Of a DNA stretch of 63,894 nucleotides, positions 1 through 13,349 are shown piece after piece. Position numbers and translations under genes: made by a program. The DNA lies in the NCBI RefSeq assembly GCF_001194135.2, contig NC_068997.1, positions 55,856,337 to 55,920,230 on the forward strand, in the 5' to 3' direction. Under the pieces are notes generated by a model. That model ran no database searches, had not been told where the DNA came from, and worked only from the letters and a program-made list of their open reading frames with translations. This stretch comes from Octopus bimaculoides. Its lineage: Eukaryota. Each line of letters starts with the position of its first letter. Position 1 is the first letter of the stretch.

Positions 1-391
1 TATATATATATATATATCTTATGCCTTTTTGTATGCTAAAATCTGATATTTACAATGACAGTCAATTAAAATTTTTTTTTTTTTTGCATTTTGAAACAAA
101 TGAACAAACTTTCTTTAACTTATTAAATGTAGCAGAGTCTGACTAAAATCAGATATGACAGCTTGCTAAGGAATTAGGCATCAGCTAAATATTAAATAAT
201 AAATAGTTAATATTCATTTGGCATAAAGAGAATGCTAGAAGCATGTCACCTGGTTATCACTGAACTCATAAATCAATTACCTGAAACTTCAGCTGTTGAC
301 TGTCTACATTTTTATATCAGTTTGTGGTTGACAACTTCGACTCTGTTAGAATGGATTGATGCAACTAGGATAACAATGCTTTATTCTCTGT

Positions 392-488
392 GTTCCATTT
401 CCAGCATCCTCCTATGGTTCCATTTCCAGCATCCTCCTGTGGTTCCATTTCCAGCATCCTCCTGTGGTTCCATTTCCAGCATCCTCCT
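392..488. repeat. 25-bp tandem repeat, about 3.9 copies
   Basis: Unit GTTCCATTTCCAGCATCCTCCT(A/G)TG at 392, 417, 442 and 467 (last copy partial); nearly identical copies. Confidence 0.95.
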
Positions 489-681
489 AAAGATCTTTGA
501 GACTGAACTGTCTTTGCTATTGATTTTGATCATCTGAAGGTTTAGAAACACTTAACGAAATGAATTGTGATTTTAACATATGCAATGATAATGATATAAC
601 ACATTAATTGCAAATAACTTGCCATATTAACGAAACATTTGCAACATCTATTGAACTATCATAATTTATTCATCTTCATTT

Positions 682-729
<48 letters not shown>

Positions 730-1465
730 CATATATATATGACAGGCTTCTTTCAGTTTCTGTCTACCAAATTCATATTTGTGTGTGTGTGTACATGTTT
801 GTTATTTAGCATGTATGCTTATACTCACATCGGCATTGTTTAAGCAAAGTTGTTCTAATGCTGACATTTTTTACTGACACTATGACTAGTCACTCTGCAC
901 TTTCAAATATCTGAAGAATATAAAAAAATCTCTTACATGAAAAATAGGTAAGGGTTGGTGACAGGAAGAGCATTGGGCTATGAAATCTTACCTCAAATAA
1001 CTCCCCACCCAGACCCAAGCTAATATGGTAAAACAGATCTGGAGATAAATGAGCAACACAGAAACCATACAAAAGAATTGTCACAAACATAGAATATATT
1101 TCACAGAAACATTAAGAATTCTTTAATTCTTCCAGATTGCAAGAGTTTAAATTCTGTTTACTTCACCAGAGTTAAAATTTTATTTTCTAAATGCTTTTAA
1201 TACTTCTAAAATGTTTGAAATGCTTCTAACTGAAAATTTAAAATGCTTTTAATCTCTAGAATATTTAAATAGTATGTTTAAGTTAGTCTTTTATGTGTAA
1301 ATGTGGCTTTTGTAATTTTGGGTTATTAACAGATCTGTGGAAGCCACAAAAGAAAGTATAAAATAAAGAAGCAGAGGGAGAAAAAAACTATTTGAATTCT
1401 GTTAATCTTTAAAAAAACAACATTTAATATTGAACAGATTTCAAATATAGAGAATGTATAAGGAC

Positions 1466-1466
<1 letters not shown>

Positions 1467-1513
<47 letters not shown>

Positions 1514-1522
1514 CACACACAC
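1467..1522. repeat. (AC)n microsatellite
   Basis: Seen directly. One of many (AC)n/(TA)n/(GA)n tracts in the window. Confidence 0.95.
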
Positions 1523-4282
1523 AAAAAAGAGATGTTTTCCCTTTTTTATTTTTTCATCCAATTCAAATGGCTGAGAGTACTGCAGAGTGATTGTACCTGA
1601 TGATGAGGAATTATAATCTTGTGTCAGATGTGTGTGTATATATATATATATGTAAATGCGTGTGTGCACGTGCACGTATATACATACTTACATACACAGA
1701 AATGTTTGTTTCTCTGCTTAGTTATAATAAAAACATTTTTACCTTAATCTGGAAGGTTAACTTGTTACTTTTTATAGAGAACAAATTTTACTTTATCAAA
1801 GTAAAGCTATTTACCAACATAATGTAGCTGTCTCAGTTGGGATGAATGTTACTGTTGTTTTAGCCCCAGCATACATCGTCTCTAGCTGGCTTTACGGCAC
1901 ACAATTTATCATTCTTCAACAAGAATAGAACTGTCAGTGAAATTGGTTTGATCCTTTTGATGATAATTGACAAGGGTTTATAAACATTCTATGTGTATTC
2001 TGGTTGTTCTATTTCTTTGTGCTTATATATACATCATCATATATACATTCATACATACATGCATGCATGCATACATCCTGCAGATCATGTACTTTTCTCT
2101 CAGGATCCATCTAGGGTGATGGCTCAAGCTAAGGGGCCACATGCCACATGGTCGTGACACATGGGGAAATATTTGGTAGAGATGAAAACTGATTGAGACT
2201 CTACTCAGACGGTTGCCTTGGATTAGCTGAGTCAATGGTGAATGCAGCAAGGCACTGCACTCATGCATCATCCCCTGCCCATATTTGACCTGACCCTTCT
2301 GCAGGGTCAAAATGACAGAAGGAAAGATAGCAGATGCAAAACTCCAGTGAACTTTACTCGAAAGAAGGATCCTCTCCAAAACATTTGATATTCTACTCCC
2401 CATGGTGATTTCACTGTAACAATTCTGTCACTTTTCCCAAATAATACAAGTTTTGCTGAGACAGTACAGTTGCAGTCTCCCTTGATTCTGTTTTATATAA
2501 GTTAAACCATCTTTGGACACTTTTTATTAGGACGGAATATTACTTTTGAGAAACAATCTCCAATAAGCAGTAGACGTGTCCAATTTGCTGATATAAAACA
2601 TCTAACAACGAAACAGCGACAAATTTAAACTTTATACATTAAAAATGTAATATCTACTTCCTCTTTTATAGTGAACTGGTTAAAGAAACATGGCTAACTT
2701 CAGTCGCCTCTGAATATATTATACACACAGCACCAGTTGAATATTTCACACACAGACACACACATGAGCCATTTATCTGTTTTATAGCCACTTTTATGAA
2801 TTAATCATTAAGTTAGTGCAAAGATTATTTTGATGTTGATTCCGGAATAATCAGGCAGAAATACTGTTGATCACAAATGATTTGAAAAAGAAGTCGGAAG
2901 ATGAAACAGATGCATTTGTAATGTGCATGCTGTATTATGAAGCAATTAATTTCATATCCATATGCTGTCTGTCATGTGAGATCGGCATTATTCAGTACCC
3001 GCAGGGTGATAAGAAACGCAACAACTATGTCGATGCTGTTGTCATCTCCATGAATCCTCCTGGGAAATATATGGCCAGATAAAATAAACCAAGTTTCAAA
3101 CAGACTAACCTAAAAAAAAAAGAGAATTGCAATCAAAATACTATGTTTAAGATATTGTATCAGCAAAATATGCAGATCTGTATGGATTCGCTTTAATCTA
3201 TTAGTAATACATCATAAAGCATAAGATGTATATTATAGCTTCTGTAATATGTAATAAATACATATTTAATATCACTTCGAAATATTGCATTGTATATCTT
3301 GCACAATGCTCATAACACCTACATTGCATTAGACAAATATCATATGAATGATTTATCCAATTCTGCAGAATATTCATTGCAGTTTTATGGTGAATATTAT
3401 ATGCTGCATATATTTTGCACTATCAATCACATGACTTGTGTTTATAGCACAAACTCAAAATATATTCAAATATGTTATTTTACACAAAAGTAGAAAATTA
3501 CCCAAGAGATGAAGTTATATATTCAATTCATGAATTTAACTGAAGTGGTTGGCTGGGGTGGAATGGCTGCTTTGATTTCATTTGTAACACTGTACATCAG
3601 TGAAAATATATGGGGAAACTATTTGGTTTAATATTTAGGAGAAATAAACATTGGAGAAATATTGTTGGACTAGATAATAATAATTAATTCAAGGAAGAGT
3701 TTAACTCAATCAAATGTCACATATTTTGAATTTTTAAACGAGTAAATTTTCTTGATGTTGTACAAGAGAGAAAGAGAATGAAAAGAGAGAAAGAGAATGA
3801 GAGAGAGAAAGGGGGTGAGATATAGAGAGAAAGAGAGAAAGGAAGAGAGACAATGGGCTATTTTAGCATTCAATCTCTTAGTATGTTTGAACAGTCAACA
3901 AGGAAACCATTTTCAATAGTAAATAAAGATAAATAACTTGAAAATATGTTGTTCAATCGATCCCTCTTTCCCTGTTAACTGGGAGAATTTATAAACATGT
4001 CAAGTGTTTACAACTATTTTATGTATTTACTAAATTATTTACTGATGCTGTGAAGGTTTAAATTAATAGGTTTATTCCTTAGGGCATTTTAGTTTAAACC
4101 AATAGGAGTTAACGTCTGGAATCTGCTGAAAATGGAATTTGTTGAAAATGGATTTCTTTCCCTGAATATTTTACTCAGAAAAGGAAGGGCCATAGCCATG
4201 ACACTTAACAGAGTCTTTGAGAAAGTAGGGATAAAAGAAGAAAGGGTGGGAGGAAAAATATCTTAGAGATCTGCTCCAAATA

Positions 4283-4554
4283 CAGAGGAACCTCTGTCTA
4301 CAAATTCATTCCTGAGGTCTGTTCGTCACCCGAAATGTTTGTAAACCACCGTGAATTCTAACAGGAATATGAACTGAGTGAAAGCTAGGCAGTAACTGAT
4401 GCTCTCCTGCTCAAACTCCTAGCTTGTCACCAATCATTGTCGATGGTTTGTGCACTTGTTAGTTGAGACACCATTTGTCACCTGAAACATTCTATGAAAA
4501 ATTGCTTGTAAACCGATTTGTGATGAAAGGCATTTGTAAAGCAAGGCTCAACTG
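4283..4554. mobile_element. Non-autonomous pogo/Tigger-like MITE
   Basis: TA at 4281-4282 and 4555-4556. Left end CAGAGGAACCTCTGTCTACAAAT versus reverse complement of right end CAGTTGAGCCTTGCTTTACAAAT. CAG-starting TIRs with a TA TSD are typical of Tigger MITEs. Confidence 0.6.
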
Positions 4555-5588
4555 TATTCGGACTTTATCAGAGATGGTCATGGTTGGTCATGGTGAAGGG
4601 CTGTGAGATGAAACAGAACTCTCTGTAATCATTCAACATGCTAGAAATTGCATCCAAATCCTGCTCAAATCAGACATTACTGTCTTTAAAATATGACATG
4701 CTGGATACCATCACAAGACTTTGGTCAGTCTGAAACTATAATGGAAGACACTTGTCCAAAATGCATTGCAGTGGGGCTGAACCTAAAATCGAATTATATC
4801 TGGTTGTTGCTTCAAATGATTGATTATTTAGTTGGTTAGATATTTAACCAATAGATTAAACTGTTACCATATCATCCCGTGTATTTTCATTCAGAGATGT
4901 CTAGTAAATATATATTTGAACAAAAATATATGTTTACTGTACTCTGAGTTATCTGTCCCTTACTTCTAACCCGAAAGACTTCGTTCATGATGTCATTCCT
5001 GTTTTCAATCATTAACAATCAGTAACTATCATTTCTATTAGTAACTTCATACTAGATCATAACTAATCCAAAATAATGTGTGTATTTATTCTTCCTTATA
5101 TACAGATTCAAAATAAATAATATAAAAATGTATATGTTAAGAGGTTAACAATAAAGAAGTGATATTGAACTAGTGTGTGTGTTAGTTTTATTGGTATTTT
5201 GACCATCCCAAAACACAAGATTTGCTTCAACACAGGAACTCACGTCAAGAAACTTGCAAACCAAACACAAAACAGGAAATAACATTTGAATATTTTATAT
5301 CCATTAAGCAAGAAAGTGGAATTTTTTTAAAGTAGACAGCTCATAACAGATAAATATCTGAAAAAGGTCAAGAAAAGCATTTAATTTGTGTATTTTGTTA
5401 TAATTTAGCCATTTTAAGGGTTAAGAAATGGTTCGTTTCTAGTATTTTTGTTACTTCTTATCCAAAACTTTTAACATCATGTGTGTTTCTTCTAACAGAC
5501 TTTTTCTTAATTAAAATATCAAAATCTATTTATATTTCTTTACTCACCATGGAGATTATCTTGGTAGTTATTTAAAAAATAATGAACA

Positions 5589-5639
5589 TAATAATAACAA
5601 TAATAACAACAACAATAATAATAATAATAATAATAATTA

Positions 5640-5697
<58 letters not shown>
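5589..5697. repeat. (AAT/AAC)n followed by (ATT)n microsatellite
   Basis: Seen directly; the two halves are complementary. Confidence 0.9.
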
Positions 5698-5698
<1 letters not shown>

Positions 5699-6287
5699 AC
5701 ATTAATAAAAACAATCCTAAAAGATATAATTTCTTGATATTGCATAGTGAAATTTGAGAAGATTTAGGGTTTCAAATAATTAAATTATAACATTATAATA
5801 ATATCATATTATGTTAATAATCCAATATCAAATATTAAAAAACTAAATTTTTCATTAAAAAAAATGCATCTGTTTCTGATGCCAGAATGTCTAATAATAA
5901 AATACACAAGAGTTATTTTTGCAAGTTTTACTTTTGGTAAACATGAAGCCTTGGAATTTTAGAAGAAAAAATGATTTGTGACATGTATATCTTTCTAATA
6001 TCTCTCAGCGATATGAATAGAGTGTAAGCAAAAACTGTGTTTCAGATTTAATTTACCAAAATCTAATGGTTCTTAAGTGTTATCAGAATTAACACAAAGC
6101 AGATTAAAACATATTGGAATTAGTAACAAAAACTAAATAGCGACAGCATTTGATTGCATCGAGTGAAGCATTGCACATATATCTGAGAATGTCTTGCTGC
6201 TGTATTCACAAACTGCTTCTTCTCTCTACTCTTTGTACCACTACTACACCAGCCAATGCTCATTTGAACTAATTAGTTGCATTTTCA

Positions 6288-6545
6288 AAGCCTTGTGAGT
6301 GGATGTATTAGACAGAAACTGAAAGAAGCCCATCCTATACATATATATATATATATATGCATGTGTGTGTGTGTGTGTGTGTGTGAATGTGTGTGTATAT
6401 TTGTCTCCCCACTCCAACCATCACTGCCGGACAACTGGTGTTGATGGGTTTAAGTACTTAAAAAATAAGTCCTAGGGTCGATATGGTTGACTAAAACCCT
6501 TCCAGGTGGTGCTCCAGCATGGCTGCAGTCAAATGACTGAAACAG
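6288..6545 (+). mobile_element. SINE family B (internal (TA)n(TG)n tract), 5'-truncated copy
   Basis: AAAGCCTTGTGAGTGGATGTATTAGACAGAAACTGAAAGAAGCC, then (TA)n(TG)n, then GGTGCTCCAGCATGGCTGCAGTCAAATGACTGAAAC. Matches copies at 30960-31340, 32160-32430 and 59540-59700. Confidence 0.8.
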
Positions 6546-7069
6546 AAAAAAAAAATCAAACAATACAGGATTTAGGTAATTGAGAAGAAATATTTAACAA
6601 AAATTGGCTTAGTTCAGTTTTAATTTTTAACCATATACTTAAATTAGTTTAGTATTAATACTTAACTAGATAATGAAAGAAGTTAGTTCAGTATTAATTA
6701 TTCATTAAATAATTAGACCATATAGTTTCAGTATTAATAATTAATGATTTTATTAGACCGGTTTGTTCAGTATTATTGTTTAAATGCTATAATACAGACC
6801 ATTTAACTATTATTATTAACTACATAATTAGTCAGTTGAGTATTAATATTTAATTCACCAGTTAGACTGGTAACTAGGTAGCTAGTGTTTCTATTTTCAT
6901 CTTGCCTATTATTGACTAAATTAAAATGTTCAGTGATTTCAAATGATAACTAATCAATATATATGCAAATACAGACTTCTAGGCTTCAGAAGAAATTGGA
7001 AAACCAATTTCAATCAAAAGAATAAAGTATTTCTTTAAAAGACATATTTCAGTATCTTGTCAAGATGTT

Positions 7070-7300
7070 ACTTTTAATATGAAAGCTGCATAAAGAAGAT
7101 TGATATTCTCTACGCAGCCTGCCTTGACATGTATTGGCCATCTTTGTTTGTCCAGTGGCAATATTCAAAGACAGATTTATGTAGAGAATATCTAAGACTT
7201 CTTCTTCCTGTCTTGCCACAATATTAAAGTTGGATTGATTCAGTGCCAAACCTGATGGACTAAGAATTCCTGGTTCGCAGCCTACCTCAATCATGTCTCT
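7070..7300 (-). mobile_element. Possible decayed Gypsy integrase fragment
   Basis: Minus ORF ...ILSPSGLALNQSN...NIATGQTKMANTCQGRLR loosely resembles the integrase end motif ATGxSPAELLxGRRLR. Weak, by eye only. Confidence 0.2.
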
Positions 7301-8903
7301 TGTTTCTAGCAGAAAAAACTGAGACCTGCATGGCTCAGTACCCCTAGGTGTATATCATATAAATGACTATGATAAACTGCAAAGGTGTGGTGTAGAACTT
7401 GAAGAGGAGTGAGATGAGAGAAAGTGACCTTTCGATATTTGAAAGGACAGTGGTCATATAATGGTGGAAGTGCATTAGTTTGAGCCAATGAAAATGATGC
7501 ATTTAAAAAGAAGGGGTCTTGGCCATTGTTTAGCATCCTTTATCTGCGGGTTCAATCCCTGGTGACAATAGTGACCAGTGATTCTCCCACATGAAAACAA
7601 TGGCCAGAAAAATACTATGAAGCAAGTGTACAACTCACCTTCATAGATACCCCACCATCACACATGTACACATACACAAATGCACACATGCATGCATGCA
7701 CACACACACACACACACTGGTTGCAGTTGAGACAATCTTCAATGGAAGACAAATTTTCCATGAATATTTGAATCTATAAGTTAGTCTTCATTTTATGGGT
7801 ATCATTGTATATCCCTAGGCTGGTGTTGACTGACCAAGCTTTTGATTAAAAGCCTTCCAGCCATGACCATTTCCACTTTTTGTGTATCTAGAACTCTTAT
7901 CAATTTTCATAATAATTAAATCGGTGGAAATTCAGCTGCTATTTCTAGGTTATAGCAGCAGACATTTGGCCAAGGTGCCACGTAATAGGTTTGAACTCAA
8001 AACATCATTGTTTCATTGCAAACTTCTTTACCATATACCCATATCTGCAAGAACTCTGGAATTCTTCTGCAAGTTATCATGTTTTGTATCAGATTGAGTC
8101 ACCACTGAAGTATTGGTAGATATTCTATGAATTTTAGAGGAACTGGTATTTCAGGTGGAACTTAGTTCAATGCTCAACAATCATAAACACCTCTGTTGCT
8201 GTTGCTTTGGATAAGAAAAAAGAGGAAAAGAAAACTATATTAGCTTGAAGAATTTGTTGCAAAAGAAAAAAATTCACTTTTATGTGTGCCTTGAGAGAAA
8301 TAAAGAATGGTACTATTACAGATAAGAAATGGTGCTATTTTAAATTCAGAAGAAAGGAATGTGTTTATTTAGAAGAGAAGGTTTACTGATCAAGATGTAA
8401 GAGGTGGAATGGTAAACATGCAATTGAAATGCATTGACAAACAATGGAAAAAACGATCATTAAAAATGTCTCGTAGAATAGATGGTCCATTTATTTTGAT
8501 AGTATGACCTTTGCCCGTTGATAATCAATATAAAATTCAAGTTAAACATCAGCTGCCCTAACCTCAATTAATCATCCAAATCTTGAGAAGGCTTGAGCAA
8601 ATCACAGGCATGTTTGAACAAATTCCTAAGGATAACAAATATAAATGTGAGCCGATAAATGAAAATTATAAATATGAGTAAAGCAAAGCTAAAAGTATGA
8701 GAAACATGGAAATGGAGCTTCTAAGGGAAGGAATATTCAGATGGGATAAATGCATAAAGAGAACGAATACTAAAACCTGGCTTTACTGTTTTACTCAGAT
8801 CAACTCTAATCAAATATATCTATATTCGGGAACGTTCCAGTTATGACCATCCCATCTGTTTATATGTTAGGGTTGACATTGTGCAATGTATCTAATCAAT
8901 GTT

Positions 8904-9130
8904 TTACTCTATAGCATTTAAACCGGTCATAACGAGCCCAAATACTCAACCAGTTATATGTTCAAATGGATTAGCTCCAGCTTCTCACACTTAACCTACA
9001 ATGTCATTCTAAAAACAAACAATGACATAATGAAGATCTCTAAGCTCTGAGATAATTCTTGATCAATTCAAAACAATGAGAACAAATAAGTATAACATTA
9101 GACACAGAAATCTGAATGTTAAAGAGTTAA
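8904..9130 (+). mobile_element. piggyBac-like MITE (TTAA-ended family)
   Basis: ...TAGCATTTAAACCGG...CTACAATGTCATTCTAAAAA...TCTGAATGTTAAAGAGTTAA. Same internal sequence as 25341-25556 and, reversed, 40107-40333. Confidence 0.7.
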
Positions 9131-9417
9131 GATAGTAAGGTGTAAAAAGGAGTCTGGGGCCATTTCTAACAAACTGAGTGGTTCCTGATGAGGCTCTCTT
9201 GTTGATACAATATGTGTAAGCAACAGATGGCATCTACAACAGCCATACTCCGTTGGATCCATGGCAGAAGCTCAGAGAAGAATATTTGAGATGAACAGAA
9301 TCTCCATAGGATTTGATTAAAGAATTGCGTTTTATCTTTGCGTAATTAACATCTTTTAATCTTCATCAGAAAGATGTAATCATCCAAAAGTATTACATGA
9401 ATAAAGACAAAACATTG

Positions 9418-9660
9418 AAATCATTATCATCATTGACATCGTCATCGTCATCATCACCATCATCACCATTGTCTCCCTCCTCCTCCTCTTTATCACCACC
9501 TCCACCACCACCACCACTACCACCACCATCATCGTCATCATCATTAACATCTGCTTTCCTATGCTTGCACTGGTTAGACAAAATTTTATTACAACAGAAT
9601 TTTCTACAGCTGGATGCTCCTCCTGTCATCAACCCTTACCTGTTTCTTTCCAAGCAAGGT
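9418..9660 (-). mobile_element. RTE 3' tail with expanded (CAT/CAC)n tract
   Basis: (CAT/CAC)n then TTAACATCTGCTTTCC...TTTCTACAGCTGGATGC, as at 38118. Explains ORFs 9393-9632 and 9397-9705. Confidence 0.7.
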
Positions 9661-9849
9661 AACAACAATAATTATAAAAAGGAACATTACAATACTCCAA
9701 GCTAGTGGTCGATAAATTGATATTTTCATAGGTAGGTTACTATCATTTGTTTGTTGGAAAATTCTAAGTTGTGGATGGAGTCATTGCATTAAAACAGAAC
9801 AAAATTACATTATTGTACATCAGGTGATATAGTGATTTACCAAAGTATG

Positions 9850-10200
9850 GTTTCCTTTCAAAATTATGCATAAATTTAGAAATATTTCATGAAGAAGTTG
9901 ATGGTATCAATGTGTTAGTAAATGCAGCAATAGCTGTTACCTACATTGTCTTTTTTCCTTTCGACGTTACGTCTGAAAGTGACAATAACATGGAACTGAT
10001 GTCTGACACAATTGAGAAGAATTTATTTTGACATTGTATAATTGATAAATAGACTCGGCAATAATTTCTGGCTTTTAACGTTGTTGCCGAAAATTGATGT
10101 TTAAAACAAACAACATGAATGTAAGTTAGTAACTTGTTCAGGCAAATTTTGGTTGGTCTATCAGCAGAATTTGTGATATTAATTTGTCTTCCTTTAAAAG
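9850..10200 (+). mobile_element. Decayed hAT (Charlie/Buster-like) transposase fragment
   Basis: Plus frame DGINVLVNAAIAVTYIVF...SESDNNMELMSDTIEKNLF resembles GExLIxPAAxDIVxxM...LSNNTxxRRIxxMSxDIExQL; stops and frameshifts follow. Confidence 0.4.
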
Positions 10201-11199
10201 AAGGAAATAATTGATTTCTGCACAATTGTAAGACAGTGAAAGGGAAGAAGAGCTATGTTTTATAGAATTTCTCATGTACTTTGACTTTTAATCTATTCAG
10301 TCTTCTATAATTGTTTTGCAGACTCCAGCAGCATACATCTAGACAATATGTATGTGAGTAACAATGCTACTTTTGTGGAATGGAAAAGGTGATTAGTAGA
10401 TATGTTGTAAATTGGCATTGAAAGAAAGGTAGAATTATATTATGCAATAATTATATTATAACTTGAGAAAACTAGTAAAATGGGGGAGATTAGAAGAACA
10501 GAAAAATGCCTTGCCAAAACAAGATTAGAGCTAAATCTTCACTAGACTCACATTGTCTCTAAATGTCTGCTAGAGAGATAATCGTGAAAAAAATTGTTAT
10601 AACGAAATTAACAAATTAACAAAGTAAGCAGTAAATTTTACTTGAAACTGGCAGTTAGCTTAAGGCTATTTGACATGATGGGAAAAATTTAATGCTAAAG
10701 GTACTATGTAAAAGGTACCATGTAAAACCAGTATTTCTTTTAATCAAGGATTTGCACTTCAGAAATGTACCAGACTAAAGAAATTTTAAATGTCTTAATT
10801 TATCTCTTTTGATGTCAATCCATTCAATCCCCACCCCCACCCCGGTTCTATGATACAAACTTGTTTTAAAGTTATCTAAATTAAAATTTTCAATTAAAAT
10901 TTTACTTTAATTTGTTCCAAACACAAATTAATAATGACAGTTATTTTACAAAATTTTTCATTATTTTCAAAATTAATTGAAACACAGACAGAGTATTTTA
11001 ACCGAAATTTGGCAATAAAAAGCATTAAATATATTGAAACATAATTGCACCGAGCAAATATTTGCCAGTTCTTGAAATATTGTAGTGTTAACTCCTTGAC
11101 TGGCATCAAATGATGCCTTTCTTATCATCCATTCTTTGGTGATGCAGTGAATGGATATAAAAACATAGGTTGTAACAGAGGGGTGAAAATTTTAATGGT

Positions 11200-11387
11200 T
11201 GGTTGAGTGCTGCCTGGTTCCATGGTCAGTTTTTATGTTTTGAGTTCAAATTCCACTGACGTTGACTTTGTCTTTCATCTTTTTGGGGTTGTTTAAATAA
11301 GTACCAGTTATGCACTGGGGTCAATGAAATCAACTAGCCCATTTCCCCCAAATTTCAGGCCTTGTGCCTATAATTGAAAGGATTATG
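11200..11387 (+). mobile_element. SINE family A (tRNA-related head, GGGGTCGAT core)
   Basis: GAGTTCAAATTCCACTGACGTTGACTTTGTCTTTCATC...AAGTACCAG...GGCCTTGTGCC. Matches 17129-17335. Confidence 0.8.
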
Positions 11388-12039
11388 ACTGGTTCCATTC
11401 TTGAAATGAATATTTTTACTTCAAGACAAACATTGGTGAAATACAATGTTTTATTCATAGTGATAACCAGATGTGAAGGGAACAGAAAATTCTATACGAG
11501 TTATTCCGAGGAGTCTGAATGGACACCAGTAGTTTATAGCAATTAATAGAAAAAATTTCTGATTAAATAAGACTCCTGATTGGAATGTTTTCTTAACTGG
11601 TAGGATCCACAAAGTCAAAGTGTGATGATCTACTAGACAGCTATCCAGGTGATATAGTCTGTAGATGAAGGGGTTCCACAATGAGTATCATGTATTAATG
11701 TCTGAGTTCTGCTGTAGCACAGGGAACCTCACAACCAAGACCCCCCCCACACCTCCCAATGCATTCAAGGGGACCCCCATTTATATCTTCCCAGTTCTTG
11801 TCAGGCACTGTTAACTATGTCTGACAAGGGAGATAACTTCCTATTTATAAAATTCCCGAAAAGCATTTCAGAACATCACATTGAGAAATAATGTTAAAAG
11901 ATTTGGAACATGCTATAACTCAAAATCAAAATATACGAAATGACAAAGGACCGAGATATCTGTCTTCCACAGCAAAAGTGTTATCGCTAAATCCCCTGGT
12001 GAAGAGGATTAGCCTGCAAGAGTCCTGTGTCTGTGCCAT

Positions 12040-12266
12040 GGGAAAAGTACTCATGCTGGTGCTACGTAAAAAGCACTCATACCTGTGCTGCATAAAAGCA
12101 CCCAGTACACACTGTAAAGTGGTTAGTGCTAGAAAGGGCAACTAGCTGTGGAAAGCAAGCTGAATCAAACTGGAACCTAGTGCAGCTTCCCAGCTCTGGT
12201 CAAACTGTCCAACCCATGCCAGCAAGGAAAGCGGACGTTAAAGGGTTATGATGATGATGATGATGT
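12040..12266 (+). mobile_element. RTE 3' tail ending in (GAT)n
   Basis: CAAACTGTCCAACCCATGCCAGCAAGGAAAGCGGACGTTAAA followed by (TGA)n. Confidence 0.75.
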
Positions 12267-13349
12267 ATTGTATTATATTGACATGCTTATTACATATTAC
12301 AGAATATACAACTTTGCATGTTACAGAATAAAACTGGAAACGCAGCTGTGGCCACAAAGGAGATGATGGTGAACCATCGGTGAAGTGGTTTGCAGTTGAA
12401 CTTAATACTATAACTGCTAACCAACAGATAACAGCATCAAATGATGCAGAGTTGTATTGATGTAAGAGGATTTTAACTATAAAACCTATACATGTCAAGT
12501 GATGTCAGAGTTAAAGAATAGTTTAAATGTAGAAGAGGTGTGAGAAGAATATCAACTGAAATTTCTTTTATTGATGGGAGAGAAATACTTGGTCTGTTAT
12601 TCCTTCCTGAAACATTTTACCAACATGTTGTTACTTTCTATATGAAAGAAAGTTGCTATTCTGACATGGTATCAACATGTGAGTTGATTCATTGGAAATG
12701 TAGTTGCCATAGTGACCAATCTCTTGGTTGACAATTCAAGTAGCAAGTTTCCTAACTTGGAAACAGTAAATGATTAAAAATTCCAAAGACATCATGAATG
12801 CTGAGTCTGCTGCAGTATTTAGTAGAAATACAGATACGGTTGAATGAGTATACTCCTGAAAAGAAAGCTATGAGTGTATTCTTTACTGACCAGTAAGGAG
12901 TCTGGGCATCAACAAGACAATTCTAGTTTGGTAACAGAACTACAGGAAGCTTCAAACAGGTCTTTTCTGTGTAAATTTTGGGCACCAAAATAATTTATAT
13001 AACAGCACTAATTCATAAAATGTTAATTAGCTGACATTGTCTGCTAAAGAAGTGACTTTGTGCTAAAAGGAAGCAGTCTGATTGGTTGAAAATAGTTAAG
13101 AAAAAAAGAGGAATCCTATAATAGTTCTTAGTGCTCACAACTCCTTCAGCAGATAGTTGATTGGTATCAACAAAGGATGGAAACATAATTTACAGAAGAG
13201 GTAGATGTGAATGCTGCAGGGTGAGTGTCTAGGGAATATCTGAAGTACAATAATACAAAAAAAATATGTGTGGCTGGTCGTGCAGACCAACTTCAAATTG
13301 TACTCCATCATCTTGTATAAAAATGGCACACATTAGATAATATTGTACT

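Noticed and set aside
392-488. CRISPR-like array
   Set aside because: The repeats are contiguous with no spacers, in eukaryotic DNA.
9393-9705. Poly-D/G and poly-S/P ORFs (also 50849-51106, 62602-62915)
   Set aside because: Translations of (CAT/CAC)n tracts, in at least one case attached to an RTE tail.
9880-10010. SDR/carbonyl reductase-like motif EEVDGINVLVNAAIA
   Set aside because: It lacks the NNAG motif, and the surrounding residues fit a Charlie-type hAT transposase better.
10322-10353. Plus-strand 32-nt candidate exon with good acceptor and GTGAGT donor
   Set aside because: Isolated; such motifs are expected by chance many times in 64 kb.
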